From a phage: a DNA stretch of 64,000 bases. The stretch lies in assembly GCA_012455605.1 (NCBI GenBank), contig GCA_012455605.1_3618.1; one strand, given 5' to 3'. A model generated the notes under the pieces. The model worked only from the letters and a program-made list of their open reading frames with translations. It was not told where the DNA came from and did no database searches. Made by a program: the position numbers and the translations under genes. Below are positions 28,173-37,974 of the stretch, piece by piece. Positions within the stretch are counted from its first letter, which is position 1, and each line of letters opens with the position of its first letter.

Positions 28173-28559
28173 GTCTGTATTTCTCCTACCACAAACGGCC
28201 CAGCCTGGCAAGTGGAATAATTGACTAGCCATCAATCCCACACACTGTACAAACATACATGTAAAATAACTATTGCATAATTTTTCATTGTGTGGTAGCA
28301 GGGCCATTTTTACCCGTTTTCTCTCTCAAAATTGCACGTAATGCCGCTATTGCACAAAATTTAACCTGATGCACATCTTCAATATCTTGTCAACAACTAA
28401 AAATCTTTATAAGTCATACACTTACACACTCACAAAAGCGTGTTCTACGTGAAAAATCGAGTATAACTATAGCCGCCAGATCTCAGAATTTACGTACGCT
28501 CACCATTCTATAGTCTGCTAAGTATTTATTCCAACCATAGAATAACGGAATAGTCAATA

Positions 28560-29440
28560 CCTGCATAAAATAATTATTCGTGTAAACTGCATAACATAAA
28601 TCAGCTTATGTGTCAACATTCTTGGTAAACAGTCCGAAATTGTAATGGTAAGTTATAATAAACAGAGAAATCTTTAGTCGTCTAATGTTTACTGTACATA
28701 ACTATACTGACTGGAATCATTAGATGACTAAGAGAAAGATAAGAAATCATTAACAATGCAATTGTTTTATTCGTAACAATAAGGCAACTATGCAAACGAA
28801 TGGCATGGCGCGACGGAGTCGCGACATAATATAAAAGCAGTAACCATCACCCCCGTGATAGTTTGTCTGCAAACTATTAATCAGATCATAGTTGCCTTGT
28901 ATTTAGTTAATCATGACATAACAAGCAAGGCAACTATAGATCTTCTAATAGTTGCCCTGCTTTTATATTATGTCATCTATTGTAAACAAGTTAATTATTG
29001 TCATGCAAACGAATGTCATGGCTTATCATTTTTGAGTAAACAATCTATGCGTGAACAGTTAGCTATGTAAACTATTAGACATGTAAACTATTGAGAATGT
29101 AAACAGTAAAGGGAGTGAATAGTGATAGCGTAAACAGTCAGGCATGTCAATTATGTTCAGTGTCACCATTATGTCATATTGTGTCACAGTATGCCCAGTA
29201 TGTCAGACAAGTTTTTCTCCTCTTTGTCAAGTGCTGCATGAAAAATTTACAATCTGGTATGGTAGCATTTTTGCGGCCCTGTTTACATTCAGTTGTGTAT
29301 GTATAAGCCTTGTTGTGTGGGCGTTTAGACGTCTAGACGGTTGGAAGTCTACAGGTCAATATCTAATCTATTGGTTGCTAACTATATCCCACACAAATAG
29401 TAAGAAATATAATTGTTATGTGTGTAAACTGTAACTCATG
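28560..29440. repeat. AT-rich iteron-like region (TGTAAAC units, AAGGCAACTAT inverted repeats)
   Basis: At least 10 (A)TGTAAAC(A/T) units including three tandem at 29063-29108; AAGGCAACTAT forward at 28781 and 28927, reverse at 28888 and 28948; GCAAACGAATG(G/T)CATGG twice. Confidence 0.6.
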
Positions 29441-29699
29441 TTATCAATCCCTGTATGGATCGCCAGTGGTGCGCATAATGGGTATTATGTTAAATTGCCC
29501 GTAATGATAACAGTTCTCACAATGATAGGTATTCTCATTCAATCCCACAAGATAGGTTGCAAATGTTGTGCCACTGTGTGAACGGCCTCACCTATTAATT
29601 TGCCACACTGCCCCGATATTTGAGAATTGTTATAAGAATGAGAATGATTCCCATTTCGTCCGCCTGGCAGCACTCCAGTCGCTACCGCTCATAACAGGG

Positions 29700-30260
29700 C
29701 AGAACTAGACCCTCTTCAGATATTTCTGGCTGACTCTTCAGGTCTGTGTGGGAAAAGCCAACCTCTCCGGCGGGAAGGGGGGGTCAATTAAAAAATTTAC
29801 GGGGTATATGAAGCGCTCTTCAGGTAAGGCATGTATTATGGGATGAAACCCTCTTCAGGCAATGATATTTGTGGGTGTGATATTTGCTGGAAAGCCAGAT
29901 ATGACGGGACTCCCGGCGGGGCAGGGGTAGTACAGGAAGGGAAAATATGGGGATGTAGTTGGGGAAATTGATCAGACAGGTGGAGTATAGTATATGTTAC
30001 AAGTATGTTAAATATGGATGGTGAATATCTATAGGATTTGTGTGTAAAATCAAAGACTTAAGTGGTGTTGTGGTATTTTCTATAAATAATTCAAGTTTAA
30101 TAGGGAATATTTGTCAGAAAGGTAGGTTCAGGTTATTTAAAGTTGTATTTCAGATGCATGTTTACAGAAGCAGGTAACCCCCCTCCCCCTTCGGCTACCA
30201 TTCACCTTTTCCTCTAACTGGTACTTAAACACTTATTCAGACTCTTCAGGTTATCACCCA
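29700..30260. repeat. CTCTTCAG(G) repeat cluster with G-rich inverted repeats
   Basis: Copies at 29712, 29735, 29816, 29851, 30242 (a sixth at 30890); CGGCGGGAAGGGGGGG near 29770 versus CCCCCCTCCCCCTTCGGC near 30178. Confidence 0.55.
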
Positions 30261-30601
30261 TATATCATATGGCAGTGACTGGTGTCCTCAGGCCCCTCTT
30301 TCGTCACCCGTCCGCTTCGCCATGCTAATGCCATAGCCAGTGGTTCGGTTGTTCACCCTGTTCACTCAGGTGTATCTCCATACCCCTTCAAACCGAAGAG
30401 AACAGAAAACCCGAATTACTCGGTAAAAGAAAAGAGAAGAACTTAATTTTATCAGGATAGGCAAGAATGTCAAGGCATGACTGCTCACTAAACAAGCAAA
30501 CAGTCATGTGTGGGAGGTAAGTGATTGTGGTGGTAGGAAATTTAGTTGAAAGATGTGTTATAGGTGCTCCCAGCACTTTTAGCCGGGCAGCTAGTTGTGT
30601 G

Positions 30602-30817
30602 TCAGTCCAGCGGTTCATCCCCTACTTCACTGAAATCGATGTTCATGGTCTCCTCCCAACCATCGATCTCAGCACAAGAGTGGAGATCTTTAGGACTTAC
30701 TCCCAAAGCCTCAGCAACAGCGTCTATATTTAACACCTCTGGCAGGTATGATTCATCGAATTCAAGGTAAATCAGGCCACGAGTGTTGTCAGCTCCACCA
30801 AATATTTCTATCTTCAT
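30602..30817 (-). CDS. hypothetical acidic protein
   Basis: 71 aa; last gene of the minus-strand block. Confidence 0.4.
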   Translation of the reverse strand: MKIEIFGGADNTRGLIYLEFDESYLPEVLNIDAVAEALGVSPKDLHSCAEIDGWEETMNIDFSEVGDEPLD

Positions 30818-30938
30818 AAAATCTCCTCTGGAAATGAGAGTGTGAACTGGGTTTTATACGTTCCAATACGTTGGAATTATGCACGTTTGCCTCTTCAGGC
30901 CATGCTTTAGCATGAGGAACCTGTGTGGGCTCGGTGCT

Positions 30939-31352
30939 TCATAGTCTACCACCTCTGAACTCTTCGTGCTCCGGCATGATAGAGAACCAGATATCTACGA
31001 TGTCTTCCCACGTTAGGTCATCAGCCTCAGGATCTACCTGGAGCGAAGATGGAGAATATTCAGAATCGAAGTTTTCCTCTTTCACTGGCTCAGCCAAGGG
31101 ACATATAGTCACTCCTTTGGATGTCTCTTCAGATGCATGTGTGTTTATCATGTTCCACCCGTGAGTATTCCGGCAACAGCCGCTATGGACGTAATGATCA
31201 TCAGGATCACCACTAAAACTTCGGACAATGTTCTCATTGTGTATCCTATATTCTCTAAACGATGTGTGGATAATATCACGAGGGCGGTAATGTGTCAACA
31301 GAAACGCCGCGAGGGTTTGGTTAAAATCCGAGCGTATGGTGATTTGGGTCAA
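30939..31352 (-). CDS. hypothetical protein
   Basis: 137 aa. Confidence 0.45.
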   Translation of the reverse strand: MTQITIRSDFNQTLAAFLLTHYRPRDIIHTSFREYRIHNENIVRSFSGDPDDHYVHSGCCRNTHGWNMINTHASEETSKGVTICPLAEPVKEENFDSEYSPSSLQVDPEADDLTWEDIVDIWFSIMPEHEEFRGGRL

Positions 31353-31511
31353 AACGGACGTGCGTTCTCGCTACGCTCGAAAGAGAGACTTGTTTGTAGA
31401 AAGCTCTTAAACGCTCTGTAACGAGATTAACTACCAGAGGTATGCAATCGTGCACCAGATAAAGAAAAGGACGCCATAGAGCGTCCTAGGTGTCTTAAAT
31501 TTGATATTTTG

Positions 31512-31823
31512 CTATACCCACGAGGGCTTATCAAGGTTGGAGTAGCTGAAAGGTGTCAAAAGGTGACTGTCAAAATCTCTCAAACTATCCAGATCTTTTT
31601 CCTCGTCCTGACACCATCTGTGCCTACATTTATTGTTGTAGTGCATAGAATGCATAGCGTTCTGCAACTTAACAGGCACAAGTGATTCGGGAGTAGATAG
31701 TATTGTTGGGTATGCCAGAACCACTTCAAACAGTGGAAACACATCGAAACTAAAGTCTACCTCTGCAGAGGTTGATGGCATGTAGGAGTATTTAGCCGCC
31801 TTTGTAGACATAATCCACCTCAC
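31512..31823 (-). CDS. hypothetical protein
   Basis: 103 aa. Confidence 0.4.
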   Translation of the reverse strand: MRWIMSTKAAKYSYMPSTSAEVDFSFDVFPLFEVVLAYPTILSTPESLVPVKLQNAMHSMHYNNKCRHRWCQDEEKDLDSLRDFDSHLLTPFSYSNLDKPSWV

Positions 31824-32146
31824 ACAGGTTTGATAATACCTTTACCGAATAACTCTTCGTATCTAATCTTATCCGGATCCCACTCCTGGATAATTTCGAA
31901 GACAATATCCAACCCTGGGATAATCACTTCTCCAGTGTCAAGTTTGGCAAGAACAAAACCAGAAGGTTGAATGGTTTCCCAGTTGCGACGATTGGAATAG
32001 AAGACCTCGAAAATATCACCGACCTTGATCTGTTGATCAAGATGTTCAAGGTTCTCTTTCATGTAGACGCAGCGTATTTTTCGTGCAGGCCATAGACCAC
32101 CTGCATCACGTTCATTCAATTCTTTTACAGTGATCGGTATACCCAT
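31820..32146 (-). CDS. hypothetical protein
   Basis: 108 aa; start/stop overlap with the downstream gene. Confidence 0.45.
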   Translation of the reverse strand: MGIPITVKELNERDAGGLWPARKIRCVYMKENLEHLDQQIKVGDIFEVFYSNRRNWETIQPSGFVLAKLDTGEVIIPGLDIVFEIIQEWDPDKIRYEELFGKGIIKPV

Positions 32147-32201
32147 CTCAAATCTCCTTCATAGATAGTAAAAAGAGGGGCCCAAGCCCCTCTCTTTGTC
32201 A

Positions 32202-32507
32202 TTATTCTACAGAGCGTTTGAACAGAATGTCTGCCTCGGACATGTGCTCAACCTCTTCTTCGATTTTAGCTCGACGTTTTTCAGCCTCATATCGAATATC
32301 GAACTCGGTAGCCACCAGAGATTTGATGAATTTAGGAGAATACAGATGATCCTGCTTCTCAACAAGAATGATATCCTTGATGGCATCTTTCAGATCTTTA
32401 ATCTGAAGTTGGAGTTCCACCAGTTCTTCGATTGTTTTGCGAAGGCGATCACGCTCTGCAGTGTCAGAAGGAAGAGAGGTGAACAGTTCAACTTTAGATT
32501 TAGCCAT
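32202..32507 (-). CDS. hypothetical charged, probably coiled-coil protein
   Basis: 101 aa, E/K/R-rich. Confidence 0.45.
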   Translation of the reverse strand: MAKSKVELFTSLPSDTAERDRLRKTIEELVELQLQIKDLKDAIKDIILVEKQDHLYSPKFIKSLVATEFDIRYEAEKRRAKIEEEVEHMSEADILFKRSVE

Positions 32508-32535
32508 AGTAAGAGTCTCCTTATGTTGTTTTAAA

Positions 32536-32853
32536 TTAACGTTCTACAAAAATACCGTTCAGTTCAATAACCAGGAATTTCTGGTCTTCACTATCGTCTC
32601 GTGCCAGCACCTCACAGACGTATCGGTCATCCCCATCATCATCGCAGTCAAATACAAGACTGAGGACTTTATCATGGTAAACCTTCGCCACTACCGCCTC
32701 GTAAGTATTGCCGATTGTGAATCCAAGATAATCTCCGATGCATTTGACAACAACATGGTCTCCAGCATTTAAGTCAATCTTCGTCATTACTGCGCTCCTT
32801 GGGTAATAATACTGTATGTAAAACTTTAACCAGAGATGTGAATAACGCCCCAA
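32536..32853 (-). CDS. hypothetical protein
   Basis: 105 aa. Confidence 0.45.
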   Translation of the reverse strand: MGRYSHLWLKFYIQYYYPRSAVMTKIDLNAGDHVVVKCIGDYLGFTIGNTYEAVVAKVYHDKVLSLVFDCDDDGDDRYVCEVLARDDSEDQKFLVIELNGIFVER

Positions 32854-32942
32854 AACACACCGATAGCGCTAAAACAGACAAGGCCATCATTAAAGCTTCA
32901 GTAAAATCAGTCATTCCTCACCTCTTGTTAGTCACTATACTA

Positions 32943-33206
32943 TCATTTATCCTCGCCGTCAAGAACTTTTTTAAATCTTTCAGGTATATCACCCGTTCTT
33001 AGATAGTTCATGACCTCACAAGGTTCCCACTTGAATTTCTTACAGAGCAGGGCGGCTGAGATTGTTTCATTGCGAAAAGAAAGGATATTAATATCCCACT
33101 CTGAGAACCCCAACTTCCGAAGGGTAGCTACAGAAATCCTCACCGCAACCCAGCAGCAAAAACATGCAACAAACGCCACTGCTACAACCCACATCGGGAT
33201 GTTCAT
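32943..33206 (-). CDS. putative membrane protein
   Basis: N-terminal hydrophobic segment MWVVAVAFVACFCCWVAV. Confidence 0.4.
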   Translation of the reverse strand: MNIPMWVVAVAFVACFCCWVAVRISVATLRKLGFSEWDINILSFRNETISAALLCKKFKWEPCEVMNYLRTGDIPERFKKVLDGEDK

Positions 33207-33295
33207 ATAAGCACCTTACTGAAATACAAGACATAGGGTTAAGGTTACTGACCAGCAAATAATTAACAGTGCCGTTGCAACCTTGGCAAGATTTA

Positions 33296-33583
33296 TCATA
33301 GTGCCTCTAAGATTTCATACCCTTCGGGTCGGAATACAAGCCACTCCGTGGCTCCGTTTGGTCGATATGCTTTATACAAAACAACCTGATCTCGGCACAT
33401 GCACATAGCTACATAGTTTTCATCCACACCTGCAGCCTGCATTGCATCTTCTTCTCCGGCAACTGCTTTGCTTACAACCTCCTTGGTAGGCAGGTGTGCG
33501 ATCAGCTCGTCACCATCATTAATTCCAAAATGGCTGAGTTCTCCATTGGTATCTTTAATCTTAATCTTAACCAGATCTTTCAT
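33296..33583 (-). CDS. small acidic protein (C-terminal YEILEAL)
   Basis: Member of the small acidic-tail family. Confidence 0.45.
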   Translation of the reverse strand: MKDLVKIKIKDTNGELSHFGINDGDELIAHLPTKEVVSKAVAGEEDAMQAAGVDENYVAMCMCRDQVVLYKAYRPNGATEWLVFRPEGYEILEAL

Positions 33584-33912
33584 TAGTCTTCCTCCAGGTT
33601 CAAAGGTCCTAAGATTTCATATGCCAGATTAGAAGTTACCAGAGGGTCTTCTGCGTCTTTAGTATTATACCACCCGTGAATAACCAGAGTCCCACTTTGT
33701 TTCATGTCCAACTGGAACTCTTCTGCCGTTTCCTCATCCAGCTCCAAGATTTCCATAAGGTATTTGATGTTAGGGAGGTATGCAGCTGTTACAGTCCCCT
33801 CTACCAGACCTTCAGGCCAACCTACATCTGGATGACAAGTAGGAACCAGGTTGGTCAGCTTAATGGTGTACGCTTTTTCTGCACGAGCCTTCAGTAACGG
33901 GTCAATCTTCAT
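33583..33912 (-). CDS. small acidic protein (C-terminal YEIL...LEED)
   Basis: Start/stop overlap with neighbours; acidic-tail family. Confidence 0.45.
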   Translation of the reverse strand: MKIDPLLKARAEKAYTIKLTNLVPTCHPDVGWPEGLVEGTVTAAYLPNIKYLMEILELDEETAEEFQLDMKQSGTLVIHGWYNTKDAEDPLVTSNLAYEILGPLNLEED

Positions 33913-34262
33913 TATTCGTCCTCCTCTTCGGTACCTGCTTCCAGTAATAAGTTAAGAATATCTTCTGCACAAGGTTCATAGAACTCTTGGCCTTCATTAT
34001 CGATGATTTTGTAGTCATCTCCACGAATAATCAGGGGATCACTCTCAAAATTATCGAGACCTTTAACAACGACAACACGATCGATTGCCATCATTGTAAG
34101 AACTTTATCGACATCTTCCTCTGCTACACCATACTGCAGCAGAATGTCTTTGGTAGGAGGAACAGCATCCACCACAACGCCGTTACCAAAACCTTCTGGA
34201 AGTTTAGCTAAAATATCTTCCGGAACCACATTCACATCAAAACCGGTAATTTCTACTTTCAT
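33912..34262 (-). CDS. small acidic protein
   Basis: 116 aa with acidic C-terminus; weak similarity to 34263 and 35688. Confidence 0.45.
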   Translation of the reverse strand: MKVEITGFDVNVVPEDILAKLPEGFGNGVVVDAVPPTKDILLQYGVAEEDVDKVLTMMAIDRVVVVKGLDNFESDPLIIRGDDYKIIDNEGQEFYEPCAEDILNLLLEAGTEEEDE

Positions 34263-34523
34263 TTACAGCACCTCTTCGTCAACTACTTCATAAAAATGGC
34301 CTGGGATTGCAATAGCGTTCTCACCTTCACCTACAAACACAGTTCCGTCAAGAATCAACATCATAAGAATTTCTGTAATATCCTCTTCCGGAACGTTGCC
34401 AAAACCTTTAATCAGCTCGTAGGTTGGAATATTTACCTCTAAGATGTCACCATCTTTAGAACGGAAATCAACACCGTCCTGAATCTCTGCCGTTTCAAGG
34501 TTTTTCAATTTAATCTTCATCAA
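34263..34523 (-). CDS. small acidic protein (C-terminal YEVVDEEVL)
   Basis: Acidic-tail family. Confidence 0.45.
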   Translation of the reverse strand: MMKIKLKNLETAEIQDGVDFRSKDGDILEVNIPTYELIKGFGNVPEEDITEILMMLILDGTVFVGEGENAIAIPGHFYEVVDEEVL

Positions 34524-34600
34524 TCGGTCCCCCTGTCTTATTAAGATGAAGGTATTATTTCACACAGGGTTGGCGTTGTCAACACCTGTGTGCAAGAAAA

Positions 34601-34996
34601 TTACTGAAACAGTGCGGATAAATTACCTTCTGGTGGGAACTTATCTGCCAAAAACGGTGTTAGCACAGTAGCCTTCTGAAGATCTGGGGTCCACTCGTTG
34701 TTCAGAACATCCCAGTAGTACGCAATGTTGCTGTGTGGGTGCCGCATTACGAACTTTTTCCCTTCGTAGTCATCTGAAACCTCTACAGAAGAAATAACAA
34801 CAGAATCTTCAAGGGTTTCTTCATAGAAAGATCCACCTTCAAATTTCCAACGAGATGCAAGAGCCCCTGCCTTGAACGCTGCAGATAACGGACTGTCGGC
34901 AAGAACATACATTTCTTGCACTCTGTCGCTGCGATCTTTGCTTCTTACGTTGTATACAGTATCTGAGCTATACTCAACACGGTATAGGCTTACCAT
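34601..34996 (-). CDS. hypothetical protein, paralog of 36808-37206
   Basis: Shared HP.S...YW......WTP core between the two 131-132 aa proteins. Confidence 0.5.
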   Translation of the reverse strand: MVSLYRVEYSSDTVYNVRSKDRSDRVQEMYVLADSPLSAAFKAGALASRWKFEGGSFYEETLEDSVVISSVEVSDDYEGKKFVMRHPHSNIAYYWDVLNNEWTPDLQKATVLTPFLADKFPPEGNLSALFQ

Positions 34997-35355
34997 TACC
35001 GCACCTCCTCAATAACTTCCACATCTGAACCTACCACAAATGCAAAAGGACAGGTTTCATGAAAGATATCCGGATCGCCGCCAAGCTTGCTAACAATTTC
35101 TCCACCACTAATAAACACAAGCTCACCGATATTCATCAGATTGCTGAAATAGTACCCATAATGATTAAAGAATGCAGCAGGGTCAGGTAGACTAGTAGCC
35201 TCAAGCACTACATCGGTTGAGGTTACTTTCTTATCATAACCTCTCGCCTTTTGAGATGCAAGATCTGCAGAATCCTCAGGCGACCGGAGATGCACAGGAA
35301 TTGTTTCACCAATAAAGCGTACTTTCATATTATCACCCAACAACCATAGCTTCAA
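34996..35355 (-). CDS. small acidic protein (C-terminal DVEVIEEVR)
   Basis: Acidic-tail family. Confidence 0.45.
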   Translation of the reverse strand: MKLWLLGDNMKVRFIGETIPVHLRSPEDSADLASQKARGYDKKVTSTDVVLEATSLPDPAAFFNHYGYYFSNLMNIGELVFISGGEIVSKLGGDPDIFHETCPFAFVVGSDVEVIEEVR

Positions 35356-35596
35356 AAGGAGTCATGAACGAATAAACGGCATCATCATCTGCTTCAGGGA
35401 ATGCTCCCAAAGACTTCATATCCGAGCCCTTGACAAATACAAGGTTTTGATCAAAGGCTTCTTGGGGGTCAATCCGATACATATTTCGTAAAATATCGCT
35501 TACCTCCTCATCAAGAGGTGAGTATGCTGTGCACGTTTTTCCGATCAAGCTTTGAGAATCAGGGTATCCACCTGAAGTTTTAAAATAAACAATCAT
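35333..35596 (-). CDS. hypothetical protein
   Basis: 87 aa. Confidence 0.4.
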   Translation of the reverse strand: MIVYFKTSGGYPDSQSLIGKTCTAYSPLDEEVSDILRNMYRIDPQEAFDQNLVFVKGSDMKSLGAFPEADDDAVYSFMTPFEAMVVG

Positions 35597-35687
35597 ATAG
35601 TATCACCTCTGGTAAGAGATTGGGACTCCTTTCCCACAAATAATTACAAATCTTCCTTAGCGAGGAAGTATGCTAATCCAAGCAGGA

Positions 35688-35957
35688 TTATTCCTCTACA
35701 ATCTCATACACATCGGGAGTTACAATCAACTCTTCTCCGTTACCCGGTGCAACAAACACCACCAAACCTTCAGGTGTGTGCTTTTTAGCCATCTCGATAA
35801 CATCTTCTCGCAGAGCTGGCTCCATCAGATCAAAACCTTCACCTAGGGCATCACGAACCACCTTCATATAGTCCACTGGTTGTGCTTCAACAATCATGCC
35901 TTCAACCAGTCCACAATTTTTGTCTGCCAGCTCAGTTTGGAATAATTTAATTTTCAT
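35688..35957 (-). CDS. small acidic protein (C-terminal VYEIVEE)
   Basis: Acidic-tail family. Confidence 0.45.
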   Translation of the reverse strand: MKIKLFQTELADKNCGLVEGMIVEAQPVDYMKVVRDALGEGFDLMEPALREDVIEMAKKHTPEGLVVFVAPGNGEELIVTPDVYEIVEE

Positions 35958-36094
35958 TTAGAGGTCTCCTCAATTATTTGATATTAATAGCCGTAACCTA
36001 ACACATTAACTACAACTGCGATTGCAAACATAATTTCAAAGCATGCAATCTCTACATTTGGGACTAATTTCTTAATCACACCCATTGTAGCACC

Positions 36095-36415
36095 TCATTC
36101 TCCAAAGTCAATCTTTACTTTGCCTTTCCCCTTACCTTTCTTTCCACCGCATTTAGCCAGCTGACGTGCTGCAACATCTACCATACGGTCAGTTGCCTCG
36201 TAAGCATCACTGCCTTTAGCCTTGGCAATAACTTCTTTTCCAGAATTGTCAAAAATGAACGCCATAACTTCCTGGTGATCATTTTCAACTTTTACACTCA
36301 CACGTGCATAGTTAACAGAGGGATGTAAACGCTCCAGCTTGGACATTTTGCGGGAAATAAAAGATACCATACCTTCTGTGATTTCTACATTGTTGCCAGT
36401 GATTTCAATTTGCAT
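36095..36415 (-). CDS. hpf: ribosome hibernation promoting factor (HPF/RaiA) homolog
   Basis: MQIEITGNNVEITEGM...KLERL...VSVKVEN...KGSDAYEATDRMVDVAARQLAK follows the bacterial HPF/YfiA pattern along its length. Confidence 0.75.
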   Translation of the reverse strand: MQIEITGNNVEITEGMVSFISRKMSKLERLHPSVNYARVSVKVENDHQEVMAFIFDNSGKEVIAKAKGSDAYEATDRMVDVAARQLAKCGGKKGKGKGKVKIDFGE

Positions 36416-36499
36416 AACGTGTTCCTTTTAAGGAAGAGGGAATAACTATCTCTCTTTGAAAACAATGATACTAAATCTGAAGCGTTGTGTCAACAGTTT

Positions 36500-36790
36500 T
36501 TACAGCTTGTTGTCGATAGTTTTTAAAATATCCACAGCAAGATCTGCCATTTTTCGAACATACTCTGCAAACTCAACAGGATCCTTGATCAAAGAATTCA
36601 CAGGGTCGTACCCTAGAGCGTTTAAAATGGCTGCAGCATCTACAACCTTCTCATCATTTGCGAAGATCTCTCCGTCAAACTTGTAGGTCCATTTTGAGTC
36701 AACCTTAGCAGAGCAGGGTTTGTCCATGCTTGTTACACCATCGTCTTTAAACTCTCCTGCGTTATCAATATTTAGAATTAAATCCATCAT
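36500..36790 (-). CDS. hypothetical acidic protein
   Basis: 96 aa. Confidence 0.45.
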   Translation of the reverse strand: MMDLILNIDNAGEFKDDGVTSMDKPCSAKVDSKWTYKFDGEIFANDEKVVDAAAILNALGYDPVNSLIKDPVEFAEYVRKMADLAVDILKTIDNKL

Positions 36791-36807
36791 GGTGACACCT
36801 CACTGTT

Positions 36808-37206
36808 TCAGTTTAGCTTTTCTTCAACAACCCCATAACTTGGGGCAGAGTCAAGAGCTTTCTGGTTTAAAAGTGGCGTAGCAGAATCTGCAAACGGTGT
36901 CCAAGTTTTTGTTCTGGCATTCCAGTAATGCTTCACTCTGGAGTCTGGATGCACTATAACAAAAACTTTTTCACTTGTCAACACATTAATTTCTTCTACA
37001 CCCTTGCTGATAATTTCTCCGTCATAGCCCCCAGTCTGGTATCCTTCGTACCAGGTTCTTGCATAGGCATAGCCAGCCTGCCAGCATGCAGCCTCCTCCG
37101 AGGTGGAGACTACGTAGAAGTCTTTCTCAAATTCTGGAATACGCCCTTGCTTTACGCTCCAAGCCCCGCGAATTTTCATTGTAACTTTAAACAGTTTATT
37201 TTTCAC
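36808..37206 (-). CDS. hypothetical protein, paralog of 34601-34996
   Basis: Shared VIVHPDSRVKHYWNARTKTWTP-type core. Confidence 0.5.
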   Translation of the reverse strand: MKNKLFKVTMKIRGAWSVKQGRIPEFEKDFYVVSTSEEAACWQAGYAYARTWYEGYQTGGYDGEIISKGVEEINVLTSEKVFVIVHPDSRVKHYWNARTKTWTPFADSATPLLNQKALDSAPSYGVVEEKLN

Positions 37207-37218
37207 AACGGTTACCCA

Positions 37219-37473
37219 TCACAGCTCTACAATATCTGCATCTGACCCTACCCCAAAGGCATAGTAGGACTCTTCCCCGAAATAATATTCAGGTGCACCA
37301 GCGGTGATCAGGTCTGATCCCAAGATAAACACCACGTTGTGGCCTACATAACTGTGATGTTGCCGCACAGGATCATCCCACGGCAACCCTTCAAAGTATA
37401 CCGCAGGAACGACCTTTCCATTCAGGAAGGATTGTCCCAAGTAGACGTTAGAATCAAGAATTTTAACCTTCAT
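37219..37473 (-). CDS. small protein of the MKVK-LD family (C-terminal DADIVEL)
   Basis: Paralogous to 37463 and 41016 (MKVK.LDS..Y.GQ...GKV, LI.AGA). Confidence 0.5.
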   Translation of the reverse strand: MKVKILDSNVYLGQSFLNGKVVPAVYFEGLPWDDPVRQHHSYVGHNVVFILGSDLITAGAPEYYFGEESYYAFGVGSDADIVEL

Positions 37474-37690
37474 GATCGTCCTCCACTACCTCTACATCCT
37501 CACCTAGGGCAAAGTTATAGGTCCACTGACTGTCAAAGCATTCCTGAGATGCACCAGCGGCAATAAGATCTGCTCCTTTTATTTTTAAAAGGTCAGGGTA
37601 ATCTTCGTTAGGGACAGCAGTAAACACTTTTCCTACTAAAGGCTCCTGACCAATATAGAAGCTTGAATCTAAAACTTTAACTTTCATCAA
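37463..37690 (-). CDS. small protein of the MKVK-LD family (C-terminal DVEVVEDD)
   Basis: Tandem paralog of 37219. Confidence 0.5.
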   Translation of the reverse strand: MMKVKVLDSSFYIGQEPLVGKVFTAVPNEDYPDLLKIKGADLIAAGASQECFDSQWTYNFALGEDVEVVEDDHEG

Positions 37691-37974
37691 CGGTCTCCAT
37701 CAGGTGGTTGTGGGACGTAAACACTGTTACGAATATCGTCAGCAGTGTAGTAATAAGTGGTTCCAACCCTGTCTCGGGCTGCAATGTACTCTGCTATACC
37801 AATAAGTGCCATTGATTTGGTGGCGTATCTTCCCAACTCGTTAGCTCCCCAGTAGAATTTAGACCAGTAGGGAATAAGACCGAACAAATATACCTTTTGA
37901 CGAACTTCCCAGTAAGTGCCTTTTCCGACAAGTTTAAACTCTACTTCACTACTGTTAATCTTTTTCATTATCAA
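37687..37974 (-). CDS. hypothetical protein
   Basis: 95 aa. Confidence 0.45.
   Translation of the reverse strand: MIMKKINSSEVEFKLVGKGTYWEVRQKVYLFGLIPYWSKFYWGANELGRYATKSMALIGIAEYIAARDRVGTTYYYTADDIRNSVYVPQPPDGDR

Noticed and set aside
28855-29434. Plus-strand ORFs 28855-29070, 29115-29306 and 29144-29434 in the ORF track
   Set aside because: They lie inside the AT-rich iteron region, lack ribosome-binding sites, overlap each other and have low-complexity hydrophobic translations; most likely chance ORFs.
28560-29440. Possible CRISPR array, given the short repeated units
   Set aside because: Repeat units are only 7-12 bp, irregularly spaced, occur in both orientations and have no spacer periodicity; this is iteron-like, not CRISPR.
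29811-29830. CTCTTCAG|GTAAGG resembling a eukaryotic 5' splice donor
   Set aside because: It occurs in phage non-coding DNA without a branch or acceptor context; treated as coincidence, and the motif is reported only as a repeat.
16740-30400. tRNA genes in the long non-coding stretches
   Set aside because: No GTTCGA/GTTCAA T-loop motif with a matching acceptor-stem context was found in either non-coding region; no tRNA is claimed.
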